Positions 1 through 11,701 of a DNA stretch of 64,000 nt are shown here, piece by piece. The notes beneath the pieces are model-generated. The model worked only from the letters and a program-made list of their open reading frames with translations, ran no database searches and was not told where the DNA came from. Both the position numbers and the translations under genes were made by a program. The stretch's first letter is position 1. Every line of letters starts with the position of its first letter. Origin of the DNA: Macrostomum hystrix (lineage: Eukaryota; Animalia; Platyhelminthes); the NCBI GenBank assembly GCA_950097015.1, contig CATNEN010000003.1, forward strand, positions 7,068,001 to 7,132,000. Reading direction: 5' to 3'.

Positions 1-551
1 TAATTTCTTATTGAATAGTTATTAGCTACTGCAAGTAGGAACTTTAGCATTTTTCTGTCAAATTTAAGCTACATTGTGACCAACGCACATTCTACTACAG
101 TTGAACACAAATTGATTGATTGAATCTACAAGTAAATTTCATTTATTTTTCTAACTAAGAAATCCAAATCCAGAGACGCAATCGAGCTGTGAGTTAGGGA
201 GAATTTTATGCCCGCCAATGGCATAATGCTGCTTCCACACTTCCATGATGCTTCTATTATTTGTTCCTTGTTAATGTGTTATTAGCCTAATTTAAAAAAA
301 CATAGCTTGCTTCTCATTGTTCTTAGTTATGACCAAAACAGGTTTCTAACGAATCTTACTATTCAGTCACTAATCACTTCACAGATTAGAATTCTATTCA
401 AGTACATTATATAGATATAGCCGTTTGCAAGTCTATAATACAAATAATAAATCATTAGTTTGCTCTGTGACATATTTGTAATCTGGCATTACTCAATTTG
501 CGATAACTGTGTAACAATGGTTGCCTGTTTATTAATACTCGCATGTTCACT

Positions 552-905
552 TTGGGGGTCGGTGGCAAAGAGCTTAACGGGTTCGTCTCTCGCACCAAGG
601 TCCCTGAGCTCGATTCCACGGCGAGGCCACATTCATTTGGGGCGCAGCCGCGAAGAGAAGGCTTGGGGGCTTGTCGTGCAATTTACGACCTTGAGGGCCA
701 ACCTCCAAGGCGCATTGAAAGTGTACACTGCCTGACGATGAGAAAGTCAGGGCAGATGTACACACCTGTGTGAGTGTGTCTGCGTACAGCATCTCTGTGC
801 GTGTGTGCTCAGGAGTCAGCGAAATGGGCAGAATTGCCTCCTCGCTGGCTGCGGGTCTAGTGTCACCAAATAATGTGCCATTGCCCGCAGCCCTCCTGCA
901 ATTAT
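552..905 (+). mobile_element. tRNA-derived SINE, copy 1 (~350 bp)
   Basis: tRNA-like head with A-box-like TGGCAAAGAGC and B-box-like GAGCTCGATTCC. Similar copies at 33763-34115 (+) and 63527-63852 (-). AT-rich tail. Possible TSD ATGTTCAC at 543-550 and 924-931. Confidence 0.85.
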
Positions 906-1949
906 CATAATACTATTTTTGTTATGTTCACGTAAAATTTAGTTTATAAAAATATTTGACAACTTTTGATCTGATGCTCGTGAAATGCCATGTTTTCTGT
1001 TGCTTGAAAATAAAGTTTTATTAAACAGTTTTAATCTTACTTCTAAGAACTAGGAATCAAAGTCAGAAATTTAATTAGGTGTAACTGCCTATGTAGTCCG
1101 TGGACGTATCTTTTATTCTGTCTCAATAATTAATGCACATTTCTACTACTATTACCTCATAATTTACTTAAATAGTCTGTTTCAAATCCTCATTCTTATC
1201 TGACCTTTGAAAACATAATAATAAGTATTTAGACAATGCAATACTATAATGTCTAAAATATTGTTGCTTAAATACGTGTCTGCAAACATTAAAATAGATT
1301 TGGAAAATGTGATAGTTTTGTTTCATCCTTTGCGTTTTCCTCGTTTCTCATTGCTTTTTAGAGAAATTGGCGATCGAAAGTAAATGAAAAGACGCAGGTT
1401 CACTATCTTGATGATTAAGTGTTTTGTTTTCAGTATTGTTACAATTAAATTAATTTTACTTTTAATCCGTTAATATTTAGTTTTTACTCATTATCAATCA
1501 ATTCTAACAGATTATACGTTTTGTAAATCAAATCATTTTTTCTAATCCCTGACCTGTGCAATTAAGACGTTAAGTGTGCATTATATTTATTTTTAATCTA
1601 ACACCTTTTTGGACATGAACAAAAATATGGATTTCTCGATTCTCAATACTCTTATGAGAAAATGATAACTGAAATTCTTATGGAAATAGTAACTAAATTT
1701 TAATACGTACTCGTTTTTGCATTAGTTAAATAAAATTAACCTTTAGAATTAAATTTTATTAGTTGGTTAATCATGTACGTAGATAATTTAACCAATACTT
1801 TCTTCGAGTATGATGCTAATAGGTATGTGTCGATTTTTGATCTTCGGTGTTGAAAGTTAAAATCAAAAAATTTTCTAAAAATTGCACGTTTTTATTCAGT
1901 CTCTATTTTCTATTGTCTGGCTTTCATTAACCCTCCAATTATATTATTG

Positions 1950-2400
1950 ACTAGCTCATATCAGTCGGTCTTCCTTATTAGCTGGCTTTTATCAACCCTC
2001 CGAGTCGTCTTATTGGCTAGCTCTTATTTACCCTCCTTGTGTTTCTTATTGGCTGGCTCTTATCAACCCTCCCAGTCGTCTTATTGGCTAGCTCTTATCA
2101 ACACTCCCAGTCGAACTTATTGGCTAGCTCTTATCAACCCCCAAGTGGTCTCGTCCTTATTGGCTAGCTCTTATCAACCCCCCAAGTGGTCTCGTCCTTA
2201 TTGGCTAGCTCTTATCAACCCCCAAGTGGTCTCGTCCTTATTGGCTAGCTCTTATCAACCCCCCAGTGGTCTCGTCCTTATTGGCTAGCTCTTATCAACC
2301 CCCAAGTGGTCTCGTCCTTATTGGCTGGCTCTTGAAGACGTCTAATAAGTCACCTAAATGGCCGGGCTCTAATCAACCTCTCCAGTGTTCTTATTGGCTA
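1950..2400. repeat. Minisatellite, ~40-nt unit CTTATTGGCTAGCTCTTATCAACCCCCAAGTGGTCTCGTC
   Basis: Tandem copies visible, degenerate at both edges; presumably in the intron before the intersectin last exon. Confidence 0.9.
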
Positions 2401-2557
2401 GCTCATAATGGATAGAAAGTATTGGATTCATATAAAAACTTTAATCTTCTGCATATGCTAATCATACGGTTGTAAGAATAGTTTAAAGCATCGTGAGAGA
2501 GGTAACTCTTATAGTTGTCTGAAATTAATTTACGATAAAAAAATCTTTCAATCCTAG

Positions 2558-3000
2558 AGAACCACCAGCGCAGCCGCGCGTTCAACCGCGAGAGCGTCGG
2601 CCGGCTACTATTGACAGTCGAGCAGGGCTTCAATCTGAAGGTTGGCAATCTGGGTGGCGACAATAAAAGCGATCCCTACGCCGAGGTGTCGCTGGGTTCT
2701 CAAAGACAATGCACGGAAGTGCTCAAATCAACTCTAAATCCAATCTGGAATCATGCCATGCAGTTTCACATTGCCGATCCTCACGAAGACGTCCTTTCCG
2801 TCACCGTCTACGATAGAGATTTTTTCTCGCCGAACACCTTCCTGGGCCGGGCCGAATTGCGAATCGCTGACATTGCCAAAGATCTAGCCAATGCTAAGCA
2901 CGGACCAATCACTAAGCGACTGCGTCTAGCCGAAGTTGACACGGGAGATGTGCAACTCAAATTTGATCTTCAAATGCACTCTACACCGCCTGTCAGCTAG
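2558..3000 (+). CDS. ITSN: Intersectin, terminal exon (C2 domain)
   Basis: Acceptor TCCTAG at 2557. Translation SVGRLLLTVEQG..KSDPYAEVSLGSQ..TLNPIWN..VYDRDFFSPNTFLGRAE..GPITKRLRLAEVDTGDVQLKFDLQ resembles the intersectin-L C-terminal C2 domain as I recall it. TAG at 3000, AATAAA near 3031. Confidence 0.85.
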
Positions 3001-4172
3001 TTGGTAATTGTTGTGTTTTTGTTCAATCTAAATAAATTATTAGCTTATATTTACAATCTGTAGTTCGATTGATAAATTGATTAATATTATTTCTTTAATT
3101 TATCTATGTTTTGATGACCTAAAAAAACAATTTTTTATACATATCGCCAAAACACTAATGGTTATTTTCTCCAAACAGACACACACAACGGCCTTAGGGG
3201 CTGGCCGTAAATATTTTATTCATGCGTCAATTGTACCATAAACGCTCCTAGTGAGTTCTACATCACAAAATTAATGAGGATTCGAGCTTAGGTACCGAAT
3301 GACAGAACAGAAATTACTTAGATCAGATAATTAATTACTTAGTTCTAATAGTTTGCTATTGAGGAACTTTTCTTTAACAAATACAAATTTACGAGTACAA
3401 AGTACATTTTGCCATGTAGCTTCAGCTTCAACGAATTCTTCCTTGTTCAGTTATTATCAGAAAAATTAATTTTTTAACTGATAAATATTAAACAGGCAAC
3501 ACGATTAAGCTTTTGTTGTTATTACTTTTGTTGTAATAATTATTGTTATCTGGGTGTTGTACATTTGCATAGTATATGTTCTCTTATAAACTAGTTAAGT
3601 ACATTTTTATGCTTGAAATGACAATAAATATCTGTATTTTGTAGTTCTGTTATATTAAAAACAACAAGTTGTTTAAAAAATAAATATTTTATATAATTCT
3701 GGAAATATATAGCTCTAATAAAACTCAACTAAACTCACTATTTTTCTATTGATTTGTATTGAGTCCTTTGGTTTGCTTTCAATAAATTTGCATGCAAAAA
3801 GTACACCATACAAGCGTATTTTGTTAATTTAACAATGCTAGTCGCTCTTAGTTAAATTCAAGAACGTTTAAACAAATACTTTAGTCTTCGTTTCTTTTTT
3901 GTACTCTAAATGCGTTAGTTTTTTTTAATTTTGCAGGTTTTGTAAGAAAAAATCTGAGCCTAATTGACCAAGATTTTTGTTATTGTCAATTCCTTTTTAA
4001 TATTTTAGATTCAAATTAATCAATCGTATTATTTGCTGCTAGCTTCGCCTACTAGCTCTTATTATATAAAGAAAGTTTTTTTCGTTATAACAGCTCACAA
4101 GCTTTGATATTTTCGTTTCTTCAATCGAAGCATTCTAACTGTGCGCACACTTGCTACATGTTCAAATGGCTC

Positions 4173-4380
4173 TCCAGTGTACAGTAGACCCTAGACAGTC
4201 AACCCCACTCCCCAGTGTACAATCGACCCTAGACCAGCAACCCCGCTCCCCAGTGTACAATCGACCCTAGACCAGCAACCCCGCTCCCCAGTGTACAATC
4301 GACCCTAGACCAGCAACCCCGCTCCCCAGTGTACAATCGACCCTAGACCAGCAACCCCACTCCCCAGTGTACTCGTACAA
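4173..4380. repeat. Minisatellite, ~38-nt unit CCCAGTGTACAATCGACCCTAGACCAGCAACCCCGCTC
   Basis: About 5 tandem copies. Confidence 0.9.
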
Positions 4381-5933
4381 TAGCCCGCACACCAAGTAAC
4401 CCCAAAAGTCATTAAAAATATTCTAAATCGAATAACTCTTACTTTAATAAGATAAAATTGTTTTGTTTTAGTTTCACGCACAGTAGCTTTTTATCGATTT
4501 GCTTCCAGCCATAGAAACTTCCTTTTGTCTTAATTTCTGTCAAATGGTAATTTATAACATGGCCATTAATATAATATTTTCGTTAAGTGTACTTGTGTTG
4601 AACGTACTTATTTTGCCGACCAATATGGTGAACAATATTCGCACATCGCTAACCCGTTGCTAATTAATTATTCCGAATCTTGATACCAGTTGTATTTATT
4701 GAAACAAACTTATTGATTACCTGTTCAGCAATTAGCCTAAAGAAACTGTTAATTATCGTGTTTAAATATAAAAATACAACAGCAAATTCGTCTCCATTTA
4801 TTATCTGTTTTTGAGTCTCTCGAATCTAAAAGCAAAAAAGCATAATTCAAAATGATCTCTGTTGTTGTTTATTTTTCTGTCCGTTATATTGCTTCGCTTG
4901 AAGCAATATTTGTGGATTCACTTGAATTAATAGACAGGACAATATGTGAGGCGAGATAGCACTTATTATTATTTTCTATATTTAGTCAAACATTTTTAAA
5001 ACCCTACTATTGGTATTACAAGCATGAACGAGCAGCCCTTCAGACGCAAGAATAGCGCGTAGGTATCAGACTACTCACAGTAGGGTATAATGAAAATAAC
5101 AACTGTTATAGGGCACATAACAATGAGGCACTAAACGCGTAGCGCACGAGCGTCTATGGGCGTGGCTACACGACCAAGCCGTGCTTGAGTTACATTGTTT
5201 TTCTGTCTGTGCTTTAATGTCGTCCTTAAGTGTTTCTTAATTTCCTATCGATTTGTCTATGGTTGTCTATGTTCAGTGCAGTTCCGGGGGGAATTAATTT
5301 TTCAGAAACAAGTGCCTTCACGAAGGACAACTTGATTATTCAGGACCGGAAACGAGCCAATTTGTGGCGAAAAAGGTATGAGGCTCGTTTAAAAGCATTG
5401 TTCTATGGCCCATCCGTATATGCGCATGCTTTCAATTGCCAATGTATACTCGTATCATATTTGACTTTTCGATAGGCAGTCAGAAGGCGGGTGCAGGGTC
5501 GGTTTTCTTAAATGTTGAATTGTTTTATTGCATAAAGTAAACTTCGTGAAAATACACAATGGGAAAGCTGTACATGCAGCAAATGTATAAGGAAACTCGA
5601 GAAAAATTTACGATTCTTTCATCCTTCGCCTCAGCAATCAGTCGTTCGCATAGTTCTATGGTTGCATGAGTAGTGTAAGCTAATGACCTCATCGTCTCTG
5701 CCGTCAGAGATTGGTGTCAATTGTTCTTCCCTTTCCACTGCGCATCTCCTCAATCGATTCGCAAAGCGCGCGCAGGAACTTGATGTTTGGATCTTGGTAT
5801 CAATCCTCGTTTTAAGACAACTCTGTAGCGATAGTCTATGGTAAAAATTGACGCGCTGTTTTAGGCAAGAGTTTTGTAGAGCGTAAATCAAGTAAGTTTC
5901 TTTACCGGATTCTACCAGAATATAATTTCGAAT

Positions 5934-8900
5934 ATGAAGCCTAGAGTATCAAGGCAGCGATCATCTCGACGACAGTCTGATGGACCAACGAGCGAGTTGG
6001 TCATAGCCGAAGTCGACGATGCCACAGAGACCACTATGACAACCAGACGTCGGCTTCATTATGTTGATTTCGGTCGCGTCGAAGAGTTTCTGCGCGGTCG
6101 ACTGCAGGAGGCACAAAACAAACGACAGGATGACAGCTTCAGCGCTAATCAAAGCCTCTTGAGCCCGAGTGCCGAGAATTCCCAGCGCCGCATTGCCATT
6201 TCATCGCCGCTGGTAACTACGCCGGGTGTGGCAGCACGAACTGCCACCACCCGGTCGTCGGCAGCCGCTTCGGCTACGTCGACTAGTCGTCGCGGCTGGA
6301 TTCGGCGAGCGAATCGAGCGCGCCGACAACTCGCCCAGCGTCTGGTTCGGATTGTCGGCGGCTGCCTCGGTACCCTCGACAACGAAGACGTCGTCGTGAT
6401 AAGCGCGAAAAGAGCAGAGGACAGCGATCAGTCGGGTGAGACTGACGCTGGAGGAATTCGTCTGCACGTGAAAGCATCAGCATCAGCAGCATCAGCATCA
6501 GCAGCAGCAACTAGGGAACTTCGCAGCACCCGAGACCAGCGTTGCAACAATGCCACCCAAGGCATCACTCCGGCTTCAAGGGATGATGTGATTCAGTGCA
6601 GCTCTACTCTTGGAAGTGCTTCAGTGTCCACTTTGGCTTATTCGGCACGCGGCCCCACAACTCGTGCAAGACAATCGAAGCAATCTTCTGGGCCGCTGAC
6701 TGCTCTTTCGTCCTCCTCTATTATTGCACGTGAGAATTATAATGCTGATGGCAATGGGTTAAGATCAATTTTCGAATTATGTTCTGGTACACTGATCTGA
6801 ATGAAATCCTCTTGGTTTCTGTGATCCTATTCTGAAAAAATCCTCATTTTTTGTGATACCAGCTGACAGAAATCCTAGTGGTCTTCGTGATCCCCATTTA
6901 ACAAATTTCCTTATGGATCCCGTGGTCCCATTCTTATTGGTATCATCTAGATGATCCCTTCTGACAAATCCCCAGGTTTCCCTGATCCCTTCTGACAAAT
7001 CCCCAGGTTTCCCTGATCCCTTCTGACAAATCCCCAGGTTTCCCTGATCCCTTCTGACAAATCCCCAGGTTTCCCTGATCCCTTCTGACAAATCCCCAGG
7101 TTTCCCTGATCCCTTCTGACCAATCCCCAGGTTTCCCTGATCCCTTCTGACATATCCCCTAGCTCCCGTGATCCCCATTTCACCATTTCACAGATATCCT
7201 CCTGTTTCCTGTGATCCCCTTCTGACAAATTCTCCTATTTCGCGTGATCCCATCCATGTTGTAACGATGCGCTTACCCGACGCATGCCCACCCATTTCTT
7301 TCAACAGAAGCCGCGCCTGATTTTGCATTCGAAAATCGCACTTCAAGCTTGCATCCGAGAAACCGCAGCAGCAGTTGCTCCAAGTCGGTGGCAACAACGC
7401 TGACCGCAATGTCTGCCGCCCTAGAACCAGTTACAATGCCCTCATCCGCGGTGCCATCATTGAAGCAGCGTAATAGTGCTCAAAATAAATGTGGCTCAAG
7501 CAAATTATCCAGAGTTGAAACTGTACAGTCTTCGGAATGCAACCAGCGTCTCGGCCGCGTCTCTCGAGGAACGAATGAAGGCGCTACAGCTACGACTGGC
7601 GTTAGAGTTAAGAGCGGAAGACGCATTGGCGAAGGAGGCCACAGCAGCAGGGTTAGCAGTGTCCGCGAGGACGTTAAAAGCGCCGGCAGTCGGGTTGCCA
7701 GCCGGACCAGAACCGGCGTCAGCTCAAAGAGAAGCTCGTGCGATAAAACTACCCTCCTAAAAGCGGAGGCCAGCACCAACAATCAGTCGACGGAGACAGC
7801 GGAGACAGCGGAGAGTGCAGACATCGACTTTGATGCCGCCCTCACTAATCAATTTGTGAAGAATCACAAAAACCCGAATAATTCGTCTGGCTGGAAAAAA
7901 CGACCTGACGCTAAGGTAACCTGACGCTAACACCCACGCCAGACTGTGTGTACACTGCCTGACTGTGTGTACACTGCCTGACTGTGTGTACAGAGCCTGA
8001 CTGTGTGTACACTGCCTGACTGTGTGTACACTGCCTGACTGTGTGTACAGAGCCTGACTGTGTGTACACTGCCTGACTGTGTGTACAACTGCCTATGACT
8101 GAGTGTGTACTGCCTGTGACTAAATGTACACTAACTGTGACTAAATGTACACTAACTGTGACTAAATGTACACTAACTATGACTAAATGTACACTAACTG
8201 TGACTAAATGTACACTAACTGTGACTAAATGTACACTAACTGTGACTAAATGTACACTAACTGTGACTAAATGTACACTAACTGTGACTAAATGTACACT
8301 AACTGTGACTAAATGTACACTAACTGTGACTAAATGTACACTAATTGTGACTGAGCTTACACTGCCTGTGACTGCGTGTACCTTGCCTGAGAAGCTATAA
8401 ATACATTCTGTATCAAATAGTCCAGTCAACATCCCCAAGTAAATGCACTTTGTTGATGAATCGAATCGAGTTTAGACTCAAAAGCGCAGCATGAAATTGA
8501 ACTCATTTCTAGGCTTTCAGCGTTACCACGAGGCTTCATCCGACTACTGAGACGAAAAACTTCAACGGCGAATGGCCTGTCACGCCTTCAACATCAGCTG
8601 CCACCCGTGGCAAGCTGGCGACAGTCACCTCGGAGGGTTTGGCCTGGAGCGCCGATATGGCATCCCTGAAGCAATTGAATGTCAAGCGGCCTGGAGACGC
8701 TAAGCAGCAGAGAATTAAACCCCTGCCTTGCGATCCGCTGAACGACGCACCGAAAAGTGTGGCCCTAAGGCGCTATATTGAGTGCCCATTGATTCCACTC
8801 ATGACCTACAAGACGGATAAGAAGGCCGAACTGTTCTACACTGTTGTAAGTGGCAATATTTTCGCTTTTGTTGTCGAGATTTTGTTTATTTTTTTATTTC

Positions 8901-9955
8901 CTATGACCACGGGAAGAATTTCAAATACCAACAATTTTCATTTTCTATATCTTTTAAAATATTTAACAAATTGCCGATTTTTATTCAGATGTTGGACTTT
9001 TACGAAAATTGGTCAGTCAGTTTCGGAGCTATCGGGAAGTATAGGCAGTTGGTATTTGAAATACCCCTGTGGTGCCTTTCTACTGTTTAAGACACCCGAC
9101 CCACCCCACTCCAATATCGATCGTTAAAGTGGCACTGGGTAAAATAGATATGCTATAATATAAGTTCTAAATGTACACTTAAAACCCACCCCAATCCAAT
9201 ATCGATCGGCTGTGTAGTGCCGAATGATATTTAAGGATGCCATTACTACTTCGTATGATCAGTGTTATTAAATTTTGGTTGACAGATCTAGGGCGTGACG
9301 AAATGTAAATAAGACGTCAACCTCACTCAATTATCGATAATCTTTCTTAACTGTGCGAAAAACAAAATCTCCAGGTGCAGCTGTGCAACGTGTGCCGCAA
9401 AGACGTCTGTCCCAAGTGCCGTCGGAGCCTGTGCAATTTCTGCACCATCATCACCTGCCCCGAGTGTCGCATTCTGCTGCGCCAGATGATAGAAATCACC
9501 CGCCTCGAGGGCGGCAGAGGCCCGCGGCGACTGCAGGCGGCCAATGAGGCAGATAACCGCCAACTTGTTCGAGCTGGGGTCCCTTCAGAATTCGCTCAGG
9601 TGTTTACTCTTGCAGTTTCTGTTTCGGATTAAAATTAGCCCACCTAATTAGCTAAAACCATATCTAAATAAATTTCTAAATAAACTTATTAACCCAGGCT
9701 AGGCCGCACTGTCACTCGTGCGAGAAGCCAATCTGCATGTCCTGCACGGAGAGTTTGAGCATGAATCTGCCATCAAATGAGCACTGCCATCAGCACAACA
9801 AATCCGGCAATGCTTACGAGAACATCTGCCCCTGGTGCGGTCGGACCATCTGCCGCGAATGTCGGCGCAGCTCGTGCTGCTCTTGCTCCAGGGCGTTCGC
9901 TTGCTCATGCAAGAACAACTGCCAGTGCGACAGCCGTTCTATGCCCTTGCCATGA
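5934..9955 (+). CDS. Uncharacterised multi-exon protein: Ser/Arg/Ala low-complexity N-terminus, Cys-rich (multiple CxxC) C-terminus
   Basis: Phase-compatible exon model: 5934-6729 (c|GTGAGA), 7308-7915 (|GTAACC), 8513-8845 (|GTAAGT), 9375-9599 (|GTGTTT), 9698-9955 (TGA). Exons are GC-rich islands in AT-rich DNA. The exon 1 donor is the least certain. Confidence 0.65.
6952..7250. repeat. Minisatellite, 31-nt unit GATCCCTTCTGACAAATCCCCAGGTTTCCCT
   Basis: Tandem copies in intron 1 of the Cys-rich gene. Confidence 0.9.
7943..8375. repeat. Compound minisatellite: 19-nt ACTGTGTGTACACTGCCTG, then 21-nt GTGACTAAATGTACACTAACT
   Basis: Tandem copies starting ~28 nt after the donor at 7916. Confidence 0.9.
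8900..9085. mobile_element. Degenerate short copy of the piggyBac-like MITE
   Basis: Shares TTTCAAATACC (left), TAGGCAGT.GGTATTTGAAATACCCC.GTGGT and CTTTCTACTG (right) with 17445-17980. Left end is eroded. Confidence 0.55.
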
Positions 9956-11701
9956 TTTTGGCCCTAAATTAACTCTATAATAATAACAATTGAAGTTGTA
10001 ATGATTATACAATCTCAGAATACTGCTTACAAAATATCGAAATTATTATTGACTTGCTGACAGTCGTCGCTATATATCAATCATTTTAATAAAACAAGAC
10101 AGGATCAACAGACTTATGCTTGAATGGCAACGAATTTTTACTATTTAATAAATAAAAATATAGTAAATTTAAATTCCATAAATTATTTTAAATAATTTAA
10201 ATTACCAATTTCTACTTCATTTTCCCAATCAGTAAGCAAAGGTTAGTTTTTTTATTTAACCAATCCTTTCAGTAGTTAAAAGGAATTTTTATGTTTTTTT
10301 ATTAAAGAAAGTATACATTGACGTGTATACCTCTAAAGTATACATCTGTGCTGACCTTAAATCAAATATCTATTGAATTATTTTATTAACTGTCTAACTT
10401 TCCGCAAACAAATTTCGAATTTTATTAATTTACTGAAACTCGCCTAAAAATCCAGTGAAGGGTTTTACTGAAACCCTTCATATCTCCGACCTGTTTTAAA
10501 AACTCGAAAATTATGAAAATAATATACGGATTTAATGCCTGAAATAAAAGAAATTAATTTGCTCTACATGATGTCTGGCAAACATGTACATGTACTTACG
10601 CAGGAATATAACTCTAATTAAATATGCTCAACCTTATGATTACGTTCATGGACATGTTATTTATTTAAAGGCCCTTCTTATTTTGTATAACATTTAAGGC
10701 TATAATACAAACGATTTTTTCGTGAAGGAACCGTTTTGTTTAAAAGCAACGCATTTACAAAACGCAAGTATTCTACGAAACTTTGTGCTGAAAACTATTT
10801 GAGCTTCTACGTTGTGGATCAACAAAAACTCAAGTTAAGGTACTTTAGCAGAGGACCAATTTTGTTTTTTTCTCGAGTGTAATTATAGCCGCCAATTTTT
10901 CAATGGCTCTGCGAATGTTTCTTGCCACACGCTTAACCAAAAACAGGAACAGTGTTTTGCAGTTTTCAAATAGACTTAGGAACCTGCCATGGAAGGCGAA
11001 GTCCGAAATTCCGCGGCATAACAAGGTAGTTGATTTAATTGCTAAAGTATTTTTATAGGAAAGTTTTATTTAAAACTGTTCTTTACGAAAAAAACAACCA
11101 TAGCTGTTTGTCTTCACACTCACAGGCCTCGTTTCCACAAAGAACTCTTCTTCTTGACGGTTTGAGGCTGTTTAGAAACACAGGTTGCCTGATGACGCTT
11201 TCTTTTTTTCAATCTAGAGGTAAGAAGCGAGACTTAAGTAAATAATTTTTTTGGTTTCTAAACATTTAAATAAACATTACCTTAGTTTATCTAAGTTTGT
11301 ATTAAATAGTAAAACTGGGGTCCTCTTGAACTTTAATCCTATAAAATAAATATAAAATACTAGTGTGACTTGACCTTCTTTTGTTGCAATTGTTGCTATG
11401 CAAAATAAAAAATCTATTCAAAATAATTACAAAACAATTTATTTTACTGAAGTTAAGTACTAAATTTATGTAATCTAGAAGACTAAACATAATTTTACTA
11501 AGTAATTTGTTTTAATAAAAAATATTTAAGTACTTGTACATACATTTTTTAAGTTTGCACTTAATATTATTTTGCATAGCCACTAGTTTTGTGGTGGTTT
11601 AGGTAGCTTTGAAAATCCATGACAAAACAAGTAAAGCTTCCTGAACAGTTTTACTTTAATGAGTTTTTTAGATAAACATCAATTTGCTTTGAACCCCTCA
11701 G

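Noticed and set aside
552-630. Functional tRNA gene
   Set aside because: Cloverleaf is degenerate, copies diverge from each other, and each is fused to the same ~280-nt body, so it is a SINE head.
721-762. Hammerhead-like core CTGACGA..GAAA in the SINE
   Set aside because: No stem II or stem III can form; the region folds better as a simple hairpin.
8989-9015. Micro-exon MLDFYENWS in the Cys-rich gene
   Set aside because: Lies inside the degenerate piggyBac-like element; the flanking exons already join in phase.
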